Shown here: one piece after another, positions 21,016-29,216 of the stretch | Layout: every line of letters begins with the position of its first letter | Position numbering within the stretch: position 1 is the stretch's first letter | From: Hyphomonas sp. | GTDB lineage: Bacteria; Pseudomonadota; Alphaproteobacteria; Caulobacterales; Hyphomonadaceae | Assembly (NCBI RefSeq): GCF_046313975.1 | Contig: NZ_JBKBXB010000003.1 | Location: 57,376-121,375, forward strand | Direction: 5' to 3' | Length of the DNA: 64,000 nt | Notes under the pieces: generated by a model | Databases searched by the model: none | Told to the model about the DNA's origin: nothing | Seen by the model: only the letters and a program-made list of their open reading frames with translations | Translations under genes and position numbers: made by a program

Positions 21016-21543
21016 ATGGTGAAAAATCCACCCGAAACGGCAATGCGGCTGCGATGGTACCAGCGCCTGCGCGGCCTCGCCAGCGAGGAGCTCGGGGCAG
21101 AGCTTGCCGTAACGGGCGTGGCGGTCAGCCGGTATTTCAGTGGCGCGAGGTCTCCGCGCCGCAAGGTTTCGGATCGGCTCAAAGCCCTCACGCACGGCGT
21201 CATTCATGCGGGCAATTATGCCGAAGAGGTGACCGCCCAGGAAGCGGCCGAGATGATGGCCGAGATCGAGCGGCGGGCCGAGGCAGGGGCCTTTCTGGGT
21301 GTGGCAATCCCTGGCGGAATTATGTCGGGTTCGCCTAATGCGGCGTCGATGGTGGCGATGTCAGCTCCAGCAAGGTCAGCAGACGGACCGCAAGAGCAAT
21401 TGCCTCCTGCTGGGGCACAAAGAACTGCTGCACTGGGATCCGCTGATCCTGCGGGCCTAACTGTTCCAGGCGAAAGCCAATCCCTGGCTGACCTGCAACC
21501 GCGCCAACCCGCAGACTCACCGCGTCGGCGAGGTGCAGAATGA
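21016..21543 (+). CDS. Cro-like HTH protein with a C-terminal extension antisense to 21335-21601
   Basis: GGAGAGG RBS; SEELGAELAVTGVAVSRYFSGARSP HTH. Confidence 0.75.
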   Translation: MVKNPPETAMRLRWYQRLRGLASEELGAELAVTGVAVSRYFSGARSPRRKVSDRLKALTHGVIHAGNYAEEVTAQEAAEMMAEIERRAEAGAFLGVAIPGGIMSGSPNAASMVAMSAPARSADGPQEQLPPAGAQRTAALGSADPAGLTVPGESQSLADLQPRQPADSPRRRGAE

Positions 21544-21601
21544 CATCGCCGTTCTCATCGACAGCCCAGCCTTCGGCGTCGTTCTTAAATGGTTTTCGCA
21601 C
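21335..21601 (-). CDS. Antisense accessory protein A (88 aa), paralog of 22023-22286
   Basis: AAGGA RBS + GTG; shared K-x-[ND]-AEGW-x-x-D-[ED]-x-G, RL[ED]Q and EA-x-x-L-x-x-RL motifs. Confidence 0.7.
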   Translation of the reverse strand: MRKPFKNDAEGWAVDENGDVILHLADAVSLRVGAVAGQPGIGFRLEQLGPQDQRIPVQQFFVPQQEAIALAVRLLTLLELTSPPSTPH

Positions 21602-21647
21602 GGCAACGTTCCTTCTTCTTTGGACGGATAAGGGGATGTCAGCCTGT

Positions 21648-21669
21648 GGAGAGTCTGGCGCTGCTGCAA
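21648..21669 (-). promoter_or_regulatory. Putative promoter of cassette A with conserved 14-bp GANTC motif
   Basis: Minus strand TTGCAG...GCGCCAGACTCTCC...CAGGCT; motif starts 47 nt from the start codon. Confidence 0.55.
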
Positions 21670-21705
21670 TGCGCGGCAGCGCCAGTGCTCGCCGGGAGGC
21701 GGCGC

Positions 21706-21966
21706 ATGGCTGAGCCGGGTTTCCTGATCGCGATGGCCGTGTGCGCCTATGTGCTGCGCGGCCTTGTCGATGCCAACCGCGAGGCGGCGATCTGCCGGGC
21801 CGAGAATGAGATCACGGGCAATGCCGCGCCGGTCTGGCCCGTCTGGGCGGCCGTCACCTGCTTCTGGCCGGTGCTGGTGGCGCAGCGCCTGATCACCCGC
21901 GCGCTGATCCGCTGGGATGCGTGGAATGCCCTGCGGGCCTGCCGGAAGGAGCGCCGCAATGGCTAG
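21706..21966 (+). CDS. Small membrane protein
   Basis: GGAGG RBS; two hydrophobic segments. Confidence 0.6.
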   Translation: MAEPGFLIAMAVCAYVLRGLVDANREAAICRAENEITGNAAPVWPVWAAVTCFWPVLVAQRLITRALIRWDAWNALRACRKERRNG

Positions 21967-22240
21967 GGTCCGCTTCGCCATCCAGGATATCTGCCTCACC
22001 TTCTCGGTCTCGACCGATGCGGTCAGGGACGCGCAGGCGGTTTCTTTCGCGCCTCCTGTGCTGCCCGGATCAAACGCTGGCCGAGCTTCTGAGCCTCATT
22101 CGGCGTCAGCATCACCTGAACAGCGGTCTCCGGCCGCTGCATCACAACGTGCGCATCGGTCAGGTACTGATCGAGGCGAACCAGCACCGCGTCGGACCCC
22201 AGCGGCACGGCGTAGTAGGCGGCAAGGGGGCGAACCATGA
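21959..22240 (+). CDS. Hypothetical ORF, mostly antisense to 22023-22286
   Basis: AAGGAG RBS and overlap with upstream stop; C-terminal part looks like a shadow frame. Confidence 0.35.
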   Translation: MARVRFAIQDICLTFSVSTDAVRDAQAVSFAPPVLPGSNAGRASEPHSASASPEQRSPAAASQRAHRSGTDRGEPAPRRTPAARRSRRQGGEP

Positions 22241-22286
22241 TCTGCCCCTCATCGTCGAGGATCCAGCCCTCTGCGTTCGTTTTCAT
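22023..22286 (-). CDS. Antisense accessory protein B (87 aa), weakly BssS-like
   Basis: GGAG RBS + ATG; PLAAYYAVPLGSDAVLVRL...QVMLTPNEAQKL resembles the BssS pattern. Confidence 0.72.
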   Translation of the reverse strand: MKTNAEGWILDDEGQIMVRPLAAYYAVPLGSDAVLVRLDQYLTDAHVVMQRPETAVQVMLTPNEAQKLGQRLIRAAQEARKKPPARP

Positions 22287-22332
22287 CGCTGTGCTCCGTT
22301 TCGCGTTGGAAGTTCGTGCAACCCGAAAGTGC

Positions 22333-22355
22333 GGAGAGTCTGGCGCGGCGGTCAA
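22333..22355 (-). promoter_or_regulatory. Putative promoter of cassette B with the same 14-bp motif
   Basis: Minus strand TTGACC-gcc-GCGCCAGACTCTCC; motif starts 47 nt from the start codon. Confidence 0.55.
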
Positions 22356-22375
22356 CCGATACGAAGAGGTGCCCC

Positions 22376-22633
22376 GTGGCTGACTGGTGTGACGACTGTG
22401 CCTGGCCGGAGGCCTGCGCCCAGGCGCGCGAATGTGCACGGCGCGAGGCGGGCGAGATCCGCAGCGAAGCGCTTGCTGAAGATTGCTCGCGGCTGTCCGC
22501 CGCTGGTGCGGCGGCCGCTGCGCCTGCGCCGTCGCTTGTGGGGGCCCAGCCTGCAGGCGAGGCGCAGTTCCGGCGGCGTCCCTTTGCCGGCAGCTTCGGG
22601 CTGGGCGTTTTCATCGTGGAGACCCCCACATGA
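22376..22633 (+). CDS. Hypothetical Cys-rich phage protein
   Basis: GAGG RBS + GTG; WCDDCAWPEACAQARECA. Confidence 0.55.
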   Translation: MADWCDDCAWPEACAQARECARREAGEIRSEALAEDCSRLSAAGAAAAAPAPSLVGAQPAGEAQFRRRPFAGSFGLGVFIVETPT

Positions 22634-23277
22634 CCAAGCGCGCGACCTCCGCAAAAACCTCGATGGGCCGGGCCTCTGCGGCCGAGCGCGGGCCGGAGCT
22701 CTATGAAACCGACCCGAAGGCCGTGCGTGCACTGATGGCGCGCATGCCAGACTTCTTCGCGCCCAGGATGCGGCTCTGGGACCCGGCCTGCGGCCCTGGG
22801 GCGATCCTCGAAGTGCTGGACGAGGCAGGGTGCACGGTGCTCGGGTCTGACCTGCACGACTATGAGGCGCGCTGGCGGGCTGGCGCTCAAGTAGAGCGCC
22901 ATTGGGGCCGCGACTTTCTTGGGTGGACGCCCCGCAGCGCCGCTGAGTTGCGGCCGGATGCGATCATCATGAACCCGCCCTATTCGATGGCGGATGCGTT
23001 CGTGGATCATGCGCTCACGCTGGTGCCGCGCGTTTTCGCGCTGCTGGAGCTGCGCTGGTTGAACGGCGTCGGGCGCGAGCGCTCGCGGCTGATCGATGGC
23101 GGCCATATCCACGCGCAGCTCTCATTTGACAGACGCCTGAACATGCATCGCGATGGGTATGACGGCCCCAAGAACCGGCAGTCCCGGCTGCATGCGTGGT
23201 TCCTGTTCATGGCAGATGCACAGGCTCCAGGGTCGCCCTGGGTGTCCTACCGCCTCAACCTGCCGCTGGGAGGCTGA
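22630..23277 (+). CDS. Orphan amino-DNA methyltransferase
   Basis: Motif I WDPACGPG and motif IV MNPPY. Confidence 0.8.
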   Translation: MTKRATSAKTSMGRASAAERGPELYETDPKAVRALMARMPDFFAPRMRLWDPACGPGAILEVLDEAGCTVLGSDLHDYEARWRAGAQVERHWGRDFLGWTPRSAAELRPDAIIMNPPYSMADAFVDHALTLVPRVFALLELRWLNGVGRERSRLIDGGHIHAQLSFDRRLNMHRDGYDGPKNRQSRLHAWFLFMADAQAPGSPWVSYRLNLPLGG

Positions 23278-23280
23278 CAC

Positions 23281-23943
23281 ATGGCTGAGGGCAGTTCATC
23301 CGCCTACGGAAATTCCGCCGATCACACGCCGCAGGATATCCGCTGGATGCCGGGCCGCGACCCGTCGCGCAACTGGGCGATCACTCGGGCGCAGCCGGTG
23401 GCGAGCCTCTTGGTGGCGGGCACATTGTGGGGCTTTACCCGCTCCGTGCCGCCGCCGGCCGAGCTCGTCGGAAAGCGTCTGATCATCACGGCGGGTGTCG
23501 GCCATGAGGCCTTCCGGGACGCCGACGAGACAGGCTGGGCGGCGGTGGCGGCCTATTGCGGCGAGACGCTCTCGCCGTTCGATATCCCCGGCGGGCGCCA
23601 TGCCATCTTCAAGCGCTGCGTGAAGACGCTGCCGGTGGGCATGAGTGTCGGCGCGGTGCGCCTCGCCGGCGCCTTCATCATCGACCGCATGATGGACGGC
23701 AAGGTGTATGCGAACCTGCGCAGCGGCGGGAAATACGGCCTCGGCCCCGGCGAGCGGGCGATGGGCATCTGGCGCGAGTTTGACGGCCAGCCCCTGGCGC
23801 AGCTGGAACGGATCACGCCGGGGCGCTGGATGTGGTGTTTCGATGCCGCGCATGAATTCGACCTCGACTTCCGCGTGAAGGTCAAGGGGTTCGGCGGCCT
23901 CTGGGATTACGAAAAAGGCTTGAAGCTGAGAGGAGCGCTCTGA
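23281..23943 (+). CDS. ASCH-like domain protein
   Basis: ITRAQPVASLLVAG...TRSVPPP...GKRLIITAG resembles the ASCH core. Confidence 0.55.
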   Translation: MAEGSSSAYGNSADHTPQDIRWMPGRDPSRNWAITRAQPVASLLVAGTLWGFTRSVPPPAELVGKRLIITAGVGHEAFRDADETGWAAVAAYCGETLSPFDIPGGRHAIFKRCVKTLPVGMSVGAVRLAGAFIIDRMMDGKVYANLRSGGKYGLGPGERAMGIWREFDGQPLAQLERITPGRWMWCFDAAHEFDLDFRVKVKGFGGLWDYEKGLKLRGAL

Positions 23944-25058
23944 TGGCGTGGAAACCGAATTTTCCGCAGGCGCAGGCGCGCGGGGTGACGGTCAGTGCCC
24001 GGAAGGGTTTCGGGGCATCGCCCTATGTCATGGTGACACTGTGGCCGGATGTGCTCGCGGAGCTGGGCTGGGCGCGCGGCCTGCTGGTCGATGTTCTGGA
24101 AGGCTACGGCGAGGATGCGGGCCGTATCCGGATCGAACCGAACCTGCGCGCAAAGGCAGCGTCGGGAAGCGTGCGCGCGCTGAAGGCGGCCGGAACACGC
24201 GGTGACGGCAAATGCCTGCAGGTGCCGGTCAGCTGGCCTGCCTATGCATGGCCGTTCGGCGCCGTGCAGGCCCGGTTCAAGTGCAGCCCGGAAGAGGACT
24301 GGCTGATCATCACCATGCCGGAGCCGCCGCGCGCCGAGACCGAAGATGCAGCCGTTGAAAACCTGCATGAGAGGACGATCAAAGAGGTCCGCGTCGTGTG
24401 CGACCCGCCGGTTGCCCGGGACGATCAGGGCGCGAAGGAAGCAGATGATCTGCAGCCGGATGATACCGCCCCGCCCGAACTCTTGCCTGAAGCGCACCGG
24501 CTGCGCGAGATCGCGGACACGCTGACCGGCACCGCCTATCGCTACCTGACGGCTTTCCTGGCGCGCCGCGAGCTGAGCTGGGGCGATCTTCAGGCGCTCC
24601 ACGACCAGGACGTGACCAGCAACACGATGCGCGTGCAGCTCGCCGCGCTGCGCCGCAAGATCGAGTTTGCAGGCTGGTCGCTGGAAGAGCGCGGGCCGAA
24701 GGTCGAGCTTCGCTACACGCCGCCTGCAGATCCCGCGTCTGCGCCGCCGCCGCCGCGCGTTCCGGCGCCGCCCGCGTCGGGCGTCCAGGTTCCGGACGGG
24801 GCGCCGGACTGGCTGAAGCCGGCGCTGGAGGCTTGCAAGTCTGCGAAGGGGCGCCTGGTGCTGATGAAGCTCGCGAATGAAGGCAGCCTCACCCTGCAGG
24901 GCGTGATCTACGCTTTCTCCCCGCCGATCAAGGAAGGCTATGCGAGCGTGCTGGTCAGCGAAGTGCGCCGTGCGCTCGAAGAGGCGGGCTGGTCGCTGCC
25001 GCATGATCCGGTGAGCGGCTACGCCGTGCATCGCAAGGCGCAGAGGGCCGGGGCATGA
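23943..25058 (+). CDS. Multidomain DNA-binding protein (AbrB-like + two winged-helix-like repeats)
   Basis: VTLWPDVLAELGW; SNTMRVQLAALRRKIEFAGW and YASVLVSEVRRALEEAGW separated by a Pro-rich linker. Confidence 0.55.
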   Translation: MAWKPNFPQAQARGVTVSARKGFGASPYVMVTLWPDVLAELGWARGLLVDVLEGYGEDAGRIRIEPNLRAKAASGSVRALKAAGTRGDGKCLQVPVSWPAYAWPFGAVQARFKCSPEEDWLIITMPEPPRAETEDAAVENLHERTIKEVRVVCDPPVARDDQGAKEADDLQPDDTAPPELLPEAHRLREIADTLTGTAYRYLTAFLARRELSWGDLQALHDQDVTSNTMRVQLAALRRKIEFAGWSLEERGPKVELRYTPPADPASAPPPPRVPAPPASGVQVPDGAPDWLKPALEACKSAKGRLVLMKLANEGSLTLQGVIYAFSPPIKEGYASVLVSEVRRALEEAGWSLPHDPVSGYAVHRKAQRAGA

Positions 25059-25399
25059 GCGGCGCGGCAAAGCCCACGCTGCGCGAGCGGCTCGACGCGG
25101 TGAAGGCACAGCTGACTTTCGGCGAGGTTGCCGTGGCGGTCGGCCTGAAGGGGCGCAGCCGCGATGGCTGGGAATGCCCGGCCTGCGTTTCGGACGGCAC
25201 CCTGCAGGAGCGCAGCGATCACAAGGGCGGGCGCTGCACGATGGATGATTGCGGGCAGGGCTTCGACCTGCCGGGCCTCGTCATGACAGCGCGCGGGATT
25301 TCGGTGGTTCAGGCCGCCGCGTTCCTGGAGCGGCTGGTCGAGGAGAAGAAGGCGCGCGGCAATCCGAAGGCGCCGGGCCTGTTCGGAGAGGGGCCATGA
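25055..25399 (+). CDS. Stand-alone primase-type zinc-binding domain protein
   Basis: WECPAC...RCTMDDCGQGFDLPGLVMTARGISVVQAAAFL. Confidence 0.6.
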   Translation: MSGAAKPTLRERLDAVKAQLTFGEVAVAVGLKGRSRDGWECPACVSDGTLQERSDHKGGRCTMDDCGQGFDLPGLVMTARGISVVQAAAFLERLVEEKKARGNPKAPGLFGEGP

Positions 25400-25791
25400 G
25401 CGAGGGGACGGTGACGATCACGGGGCCGGGCATGGCGCCCGTCACGCTGACGGACAGCCAGCTGAAGGACGTGGCGGGCAGGCTATCAAAGAAAGGCAAG
25501 GGCATGAGCAACAAGGAACAGCGCCGCCGCACGGCAGCCGGACATGGCGATAACAGCCTCGACGAGACAACACGGGCGAAGCTGCAGTCGATCGTCGCCA
25601 GGGTCGAGCGTCTGGAAGAAGAAAAGAAGGGCATCGCCGACGACATCAAGGAAGTGATGGCTGAGGCAAAGGCGCTGGGCTTCGACACGAAAGCGATCCG
25701 TGCGGCGATCCGCCTGCGGAAGATCGACCGCGCCGAGCGCGAGGAAGCGCAGATGGTGCTCGATCTCTACATGGACGCGATCGGAGACTGA
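25396..25791 (+). CDS. gapR: GapR/DUF2312 family DNA-binding protein
   Basis: LQSIVARVERLEEEKKGIADDIKEVMAEAKALGFDTKAIRAAIRLRK. Confidence 0.9.
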   Translation: MSEGTVTITGPGMAPVTLTDSQLKDVAGRLSKKGKGMSNKEQRRRTAAGHGDNSLDETTRAKLQSIVARVERLEEEKKGIADDIKEVMAEAKALGFDTKAIRAAIRLRKIDRAEREEAQMVLDLYMDAIGD

Positions 25792-25792
25792 C

Positions 25793-26389
25793 ATGACCGC
25801 ACCTGCTGACCTGATCCCTGCGCGCCTGTCGGCGCTGAAAGCCGGGCAGAGCGTGATCTCCCGCGAGCTCGGGCCCTGCCTGCCGGACGGGGCGCACACG
25901 GTCTGCCGAGCGCCGGACGGCCTGTTCCTGCCGTGTGCGGACGGGCGGCATTATCTCGACGGCCAGACGCTCGAGGACGGCGACACGCTGGCCGGGCTGT
26001 TCCTGGCGCCGGAGCTGGAGACCGTGGCGGCAGAGGATGAGCTGACGCGCTGGCTCGATGCATCGGGAGATCCGGGCGGGGCGCCGGCCGGGACGCTGGA
26101 CGCCGCCGAGGCGATGCTGCGCGAGCGCCGCCGCCAGATCGTCGCCGAAGGCTTCGATCCGCAGGCGGATGACCGTTATACCGATGGCCAGCTCGCCCGC
26201 GCGGCGGCCCGCTATGCCGTCTGGAACATCCTGCCGGAAACCGGCCGGGCGATGATCGTCTGGCTGTGGCCGTTCGCGGCCGGCTGGTTCAAGCCGCGCA
26301 CCCACCGCGAAAACCTGGTGCGCGCCGGCGCCCTGATCCTGGCCGAGATCGAACGCCTCGACCGCAAGGCTGCACGGGAGGGCGTGTGA
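25793..26389 (+). CDS. Conserved phage protein
   Basis: C-terminal ERRRQIVAEGF...DD...WP...WFKP...RENLVRAGALILAEIERLDR domain common in phages. Confidence 0.7.
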   Translation: MTAPADLIPARLSALKAGQSVISRELGPCLPDGAHTVCRAPDGLFLPCADGRHYLDGQTLEDGDTLAGLFLAPELETVAAEDELTRWLDASGDPGGAPAGTLDAAEAMLRERRRQIVAEGFDPQADDRYTDGQLARAAARYAVWNILPETGRAMIVWLWPFAAGWFKPRTHRENLVRAGALILAEIERLDRKAAREGV

Positions 26390-26907
26390 TGGCTGACTGG
26401 CAGGGAAGTTGCGAAGGGTGCGGGCTGAAAGTGTTCGGCGGGACGTGTCCTGACGGTGTCTCGCCCGCGCTCTGGCGGCAGTGTGGTGCGCTGCGCTCGC
26501 GGGTTTACACCGCCGCTGTCATTTGGAGTGAAGAGCGTAGGGATCCGCATCCGGATACCGTCGCGCTGCTGCAGCGGCTGAACATCACCCGTCAGGATGC
26601 GGAGCTGTTGCTAGCTGACCATGCTCGCTATCGTGACGCGGTGCGCGAGATCGAGGGCTATATCGGGACTGAGGCGCAACGCTCTATCGCAGGCATACTG
26701 GTGAACGGTCAGAGCCCTGATGTTTTCTGCCGCAATGATCCGATGCGCATGGCGGCGTTTGTCGAGGCAGCCATCGGGAGCCTCAACCTCGTCGACGGGC
26801 AGCGCAACATGTCCGAGATTTGGGCGGCGGCCGCCGAGATCAGCCGCAAGGCCGAGGAAGCCCTCGGCGAACTGGGCGCGCCGGATGTGGAGATGGATTG
26901 TGGCTGA
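26389..26907 (+). CDS. Hypothetical phage protein
   Basis: Coupled TGATG start, GGAG RBS. Confidence 0.6.
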   Translation: MADWQGSCEGCGLKVFGGTCPDGVSPALWRQCGALRSRVYTAAVIWSEERRDPHPDTVALLQRLNITRQDAELLLADHARYRDAVREIEGYIGTEAQRSIAGILVNGQSPDVFCRNDPMRMAAFVEAAIGSLNLVDGQRNMSEIWAAAAEISRKAEEALGELGAPDVEMDCG

Positions 26908-27838
26908 GGAGACCCGCATCGAATGGGCTGACCACACGTTCAATCCGTGGATCGGCTGCACCAAGGTCTCGCCGGCCTGCGATCATTGCTATGCCGAGGC
27001 GCAGGCCTCTCGCTACTGGCCGGATGAGCAGCTCTGGGCAGGAAAGCGTAAGCGCACCTCGGCCAACAACTGGCGCCAGCCGCTGAAGTGGAACCGTCAG
27101 GCTGCGGAGTTCCGCGCGGCGCATGGCCGCCCGCCGATGGTGTTCTGCGCGAGCCTCGCGGACGTGTTCGACAACCAGGTTCCGGACGACTGGCGGCGCG
27201 ACCTCTGGGCGCTGATCGAGGCGACGCCGGACCTGATCTGGCTGCTGCTGACCAAGCGGCCGCAGAACATCCGGAAGATGCTGCCGATGAGCGTGCATAA
27301 GCCGGGCCTCGACGCATGGGGCGCGGGCTGGCCGAACGTCTGGCTCGGCACGACCGTCGAGAACCAGGCCGAAGCGGACCGGCGCATCCCGCACCTGCTG
27401 GCGGTGCCTGCGGCGAAGCGCTTTCTGAGTTGTGAGCCATTGCTGGGGCCGGTGGATCTGGATTGCTGGCCGGAAAGCGGATGTTCCCGCAACTGGCTCG
27501 ATGATGAAAAGGGCATCGACTGGGTCATCGCGGGCGGCGAGAGCGGCCCGCACGCGCGGCCCTCGCATCCGGACTGGTTCCGGGGCCTGCGCGACCAGTG
27601 CGCCGCGGCGGGTGTGCCCTTCTTCTTCAAGCGGTGGGGTGAATGGAGCGCCAGCGCTTTCCACCCCGGTTTTGAAGATGCGCCCGTAAGTGTCGAGAGC
27701 GGACGCCTGCGCGAGCCGATCCGTGTGCTGAGCGATGGCGACGAAGACGTGATCTGGATGTCGCGCGCCGGAAAGAAAGCCGCCGGCCGAATGCTCGACG
27801 GCGTGATTCACGACGCAAGGCCGGAGGTGAGGTCATGA
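26900..27838 (+). CDS. DUF5131 (phage Gp37/Gp68) family protein
   Basis: IEWADHTFNPWIGCTKVSPACDHCYA, LLTKRP, FLSCEPLLG, WVIAGGESG. Confidence 0.92.
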   Translation: MAEETRIEWADHTFNPWIGCTKVSPACDHCYAEAQASRYWPDEQLWAGKRKRTSANNWRQPLKWNRQAAEFRAAHGRPPMVFCASLADVFDNQVPDDWRRDLWALIEATPDLIWLLLTKRPQNIRKMLPMSVHKPGLDAWGAGWPNVWLGTTVENQAEADRRIPHLLAVPAAKRFLSCEPLLGPVDLDCWPESGCSRNWLDDEKGIDWVIAGGESGPHARPSHPDWFRGLRDQCAAAGVPFFFKRWGEWSASAFHPGFEDAPVSVESGRLREPIRVLSDGDEDVIWMSRAGKKAAGRMLDGVIHDARPEVRS

Positions 27839-28014
27839 TCTCCGCGTTCTTCTTCATCCTGGCGTCGGGATTATTTTCGTATCAGGCGGCGAGGGCGGCG
27901 CACCGGAAACAGTGGGCGCCGATGATCATTGCTTCGATTTCATCCGTCAATCTCTTCACGCTCGGGATGCTTCAGATGGTGCTCATCACAATTCTGGCAG
28001 AGGCGCGCTCGTGA
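27835..28014 (+). CDS. Small 2-TM protein (59 aa; not in ORF track)
   Basis: GGAGG RBS, ATGA and GTGA overlaps with both neighbours. Confidence 0.55.
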   Translation: MISAFFFILASGLFSYQAARAAHRKQWAPMIIASISSVNLFTLGMLQMVLITILAEARS

Positions 28015-28502
28015 CCGCGATCTCTCTCTCAGTGCGCCAGCCCTGGGCATGGGCGCTGATCCATGGCGGCAAGGTTGTCGAGAACCGCGGACGGGTGCCG
28101 GCGGGCTCTTGGCGGCTCGTCGGCCGCCGGGTGTTCATCCATGCGGCGAAGGGTATGACGCGCGCCGAGTATGAGGACGCCTGCCGGTTCATGCAGTCGA
28201 TCGGTGTGGATTGTCCGCGCCCGGATCAGTTGCCGCGCGGCGGCGTGATCGGGACGATGCGCCTGGCCGCAATCATCAGCGACGTCGAGAGCCCGGTCGG
28301 CACAGTTGTGCTCGCGGGAGAAGAAGGGGCGGACGATATCGGCCACAGCTCGTGGTTTTTTGGGCCCTACGGCCTCGTCATGGAAGCGCCGCTCGCCATC
28401 GTGCCGATGCCGGGACCGGGTCAGCTCGGCTGGTTCGATTTCCGGGAAGGCGGGGCGTTCGACGCGCCGAAACCGTGGATGCGCAACTGGGAGGCTGTCT
28501 GA
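28011..28502 (+). CDS. ASCH domain protein
   Basis: SLSVRQPWAWALIHGGKVVENR...VFIHAAK. Confidence 0.85.
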   Translation: MTAISLSVRQPWAWALIHGGKVVENRGRVPAGSWRLVGRRVFIHAAKGMTRAEYEDACRFMQSIGVDCPRPDQLPRGGVIGTMRLAAIISDVESPVGTVVLAGEEGADDIGHSSWFFGPYGLVMEAPLAIVPMPGPGQLGWFDFREGGAFDAPKPWMRNWEAV

Positions 28503-28918
28503 TGCGGCCGGTCCTGCATGTCGCCTGCAACGATCCGGACAATGGCCTGTTCGATCATTGCGCACCGCAGCTCAGCATATTCGATGCCGAGTTCTGCTGC
28601 GTGAGCATGCGGCCGCCGCGCTTCGCCGAGCTTTGGGGCAAGGGGCCGAAGGGCGGCGATGCGGTGCGCCTGGCGGGAAAGGTCTGGCCGGTGACGGGCA
28701 GCAGGGAATGGGTCGGCAACTGGTGCTGGAATTCCTACGCGATCGGCGACGCGAAGCGCACGGCCGGATGGTGGATGGTTGACTTCGTCAAGTGGCTGCG
28801 CGGCCGCAGGCTTTATTCCTGCGATGTTGCGCAGATCGATTTCTTCAACTGGTTCAACTCCGATCAGCAGCTGCCGGATGCACGCATCCACGAGCTGATC
28901 TTCGAACTGCGAGACTGA
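28502..28918 (+). CDS. Hypothetical phage protein
   Basis: Coupled start; Trp-rich. Confidence 0.6.
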   Translation: MRPVLHVACNDPDNGLFDHCAPQLSIFDAEFCCVSMRPPRFAELWGKGPKGGDAVRLAGKVWPVTGSREWVGNWCWNSYAIGDAKRTAGWWMVDFVKWLRGRRLYSCDVAQIDFFNWFNSDQQLPDARIHELIFELRD

Positions 28919-28921
28919 CAC

Positions 28922-29047
28922 ATGGAAACGCTGATGATCTTTCTGGTGGGATTGGTGACGGGCGTCGGGTGCGGGGTGGTGATCGCTGCCTTTGCGGCGG
29001 CGAACCGGCGCGCGCCGGAGATCCGCGAGGAGGACGGCGATGTCTGA
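28922..29047 (+). CDS. Small single-TM protein (41 aa)
   Basis: METLMIFLVGLVTGVGCGVVIAAFAAANRR... Confidence 0.5.
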   Translation: METLMIFLVGLVTGVGCGVVIAAFAAANRRAPEIREEDGDV

Positions 29048-29216
29048 GCGCACGCCTGCCGGCAAGGCCCTTGTGACCCTTTTCGGCTACCTGCTGAGCC
29101 CGCTGATCCCGATCGTCATCGGCCTGTTCATGCTTCTCGCCGCCACCCTGTGCATCGTCTTCAGCCCCGTACTGGGGCCGCTGATCATCGCATTGAACCG
29201 GGGAGAGAAGATCTGA
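29040..29216 (+). CDS. Small hydrophobic protein
   Basis: GAGGAGG RBS; two hydrophobic stretches. Confidence 0.55.
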   Translation: MSERTPAGKALVTLFGYLLSPLIPIVIGLFMLLAATLCIVFSPVLGPLIIALNRGEKI

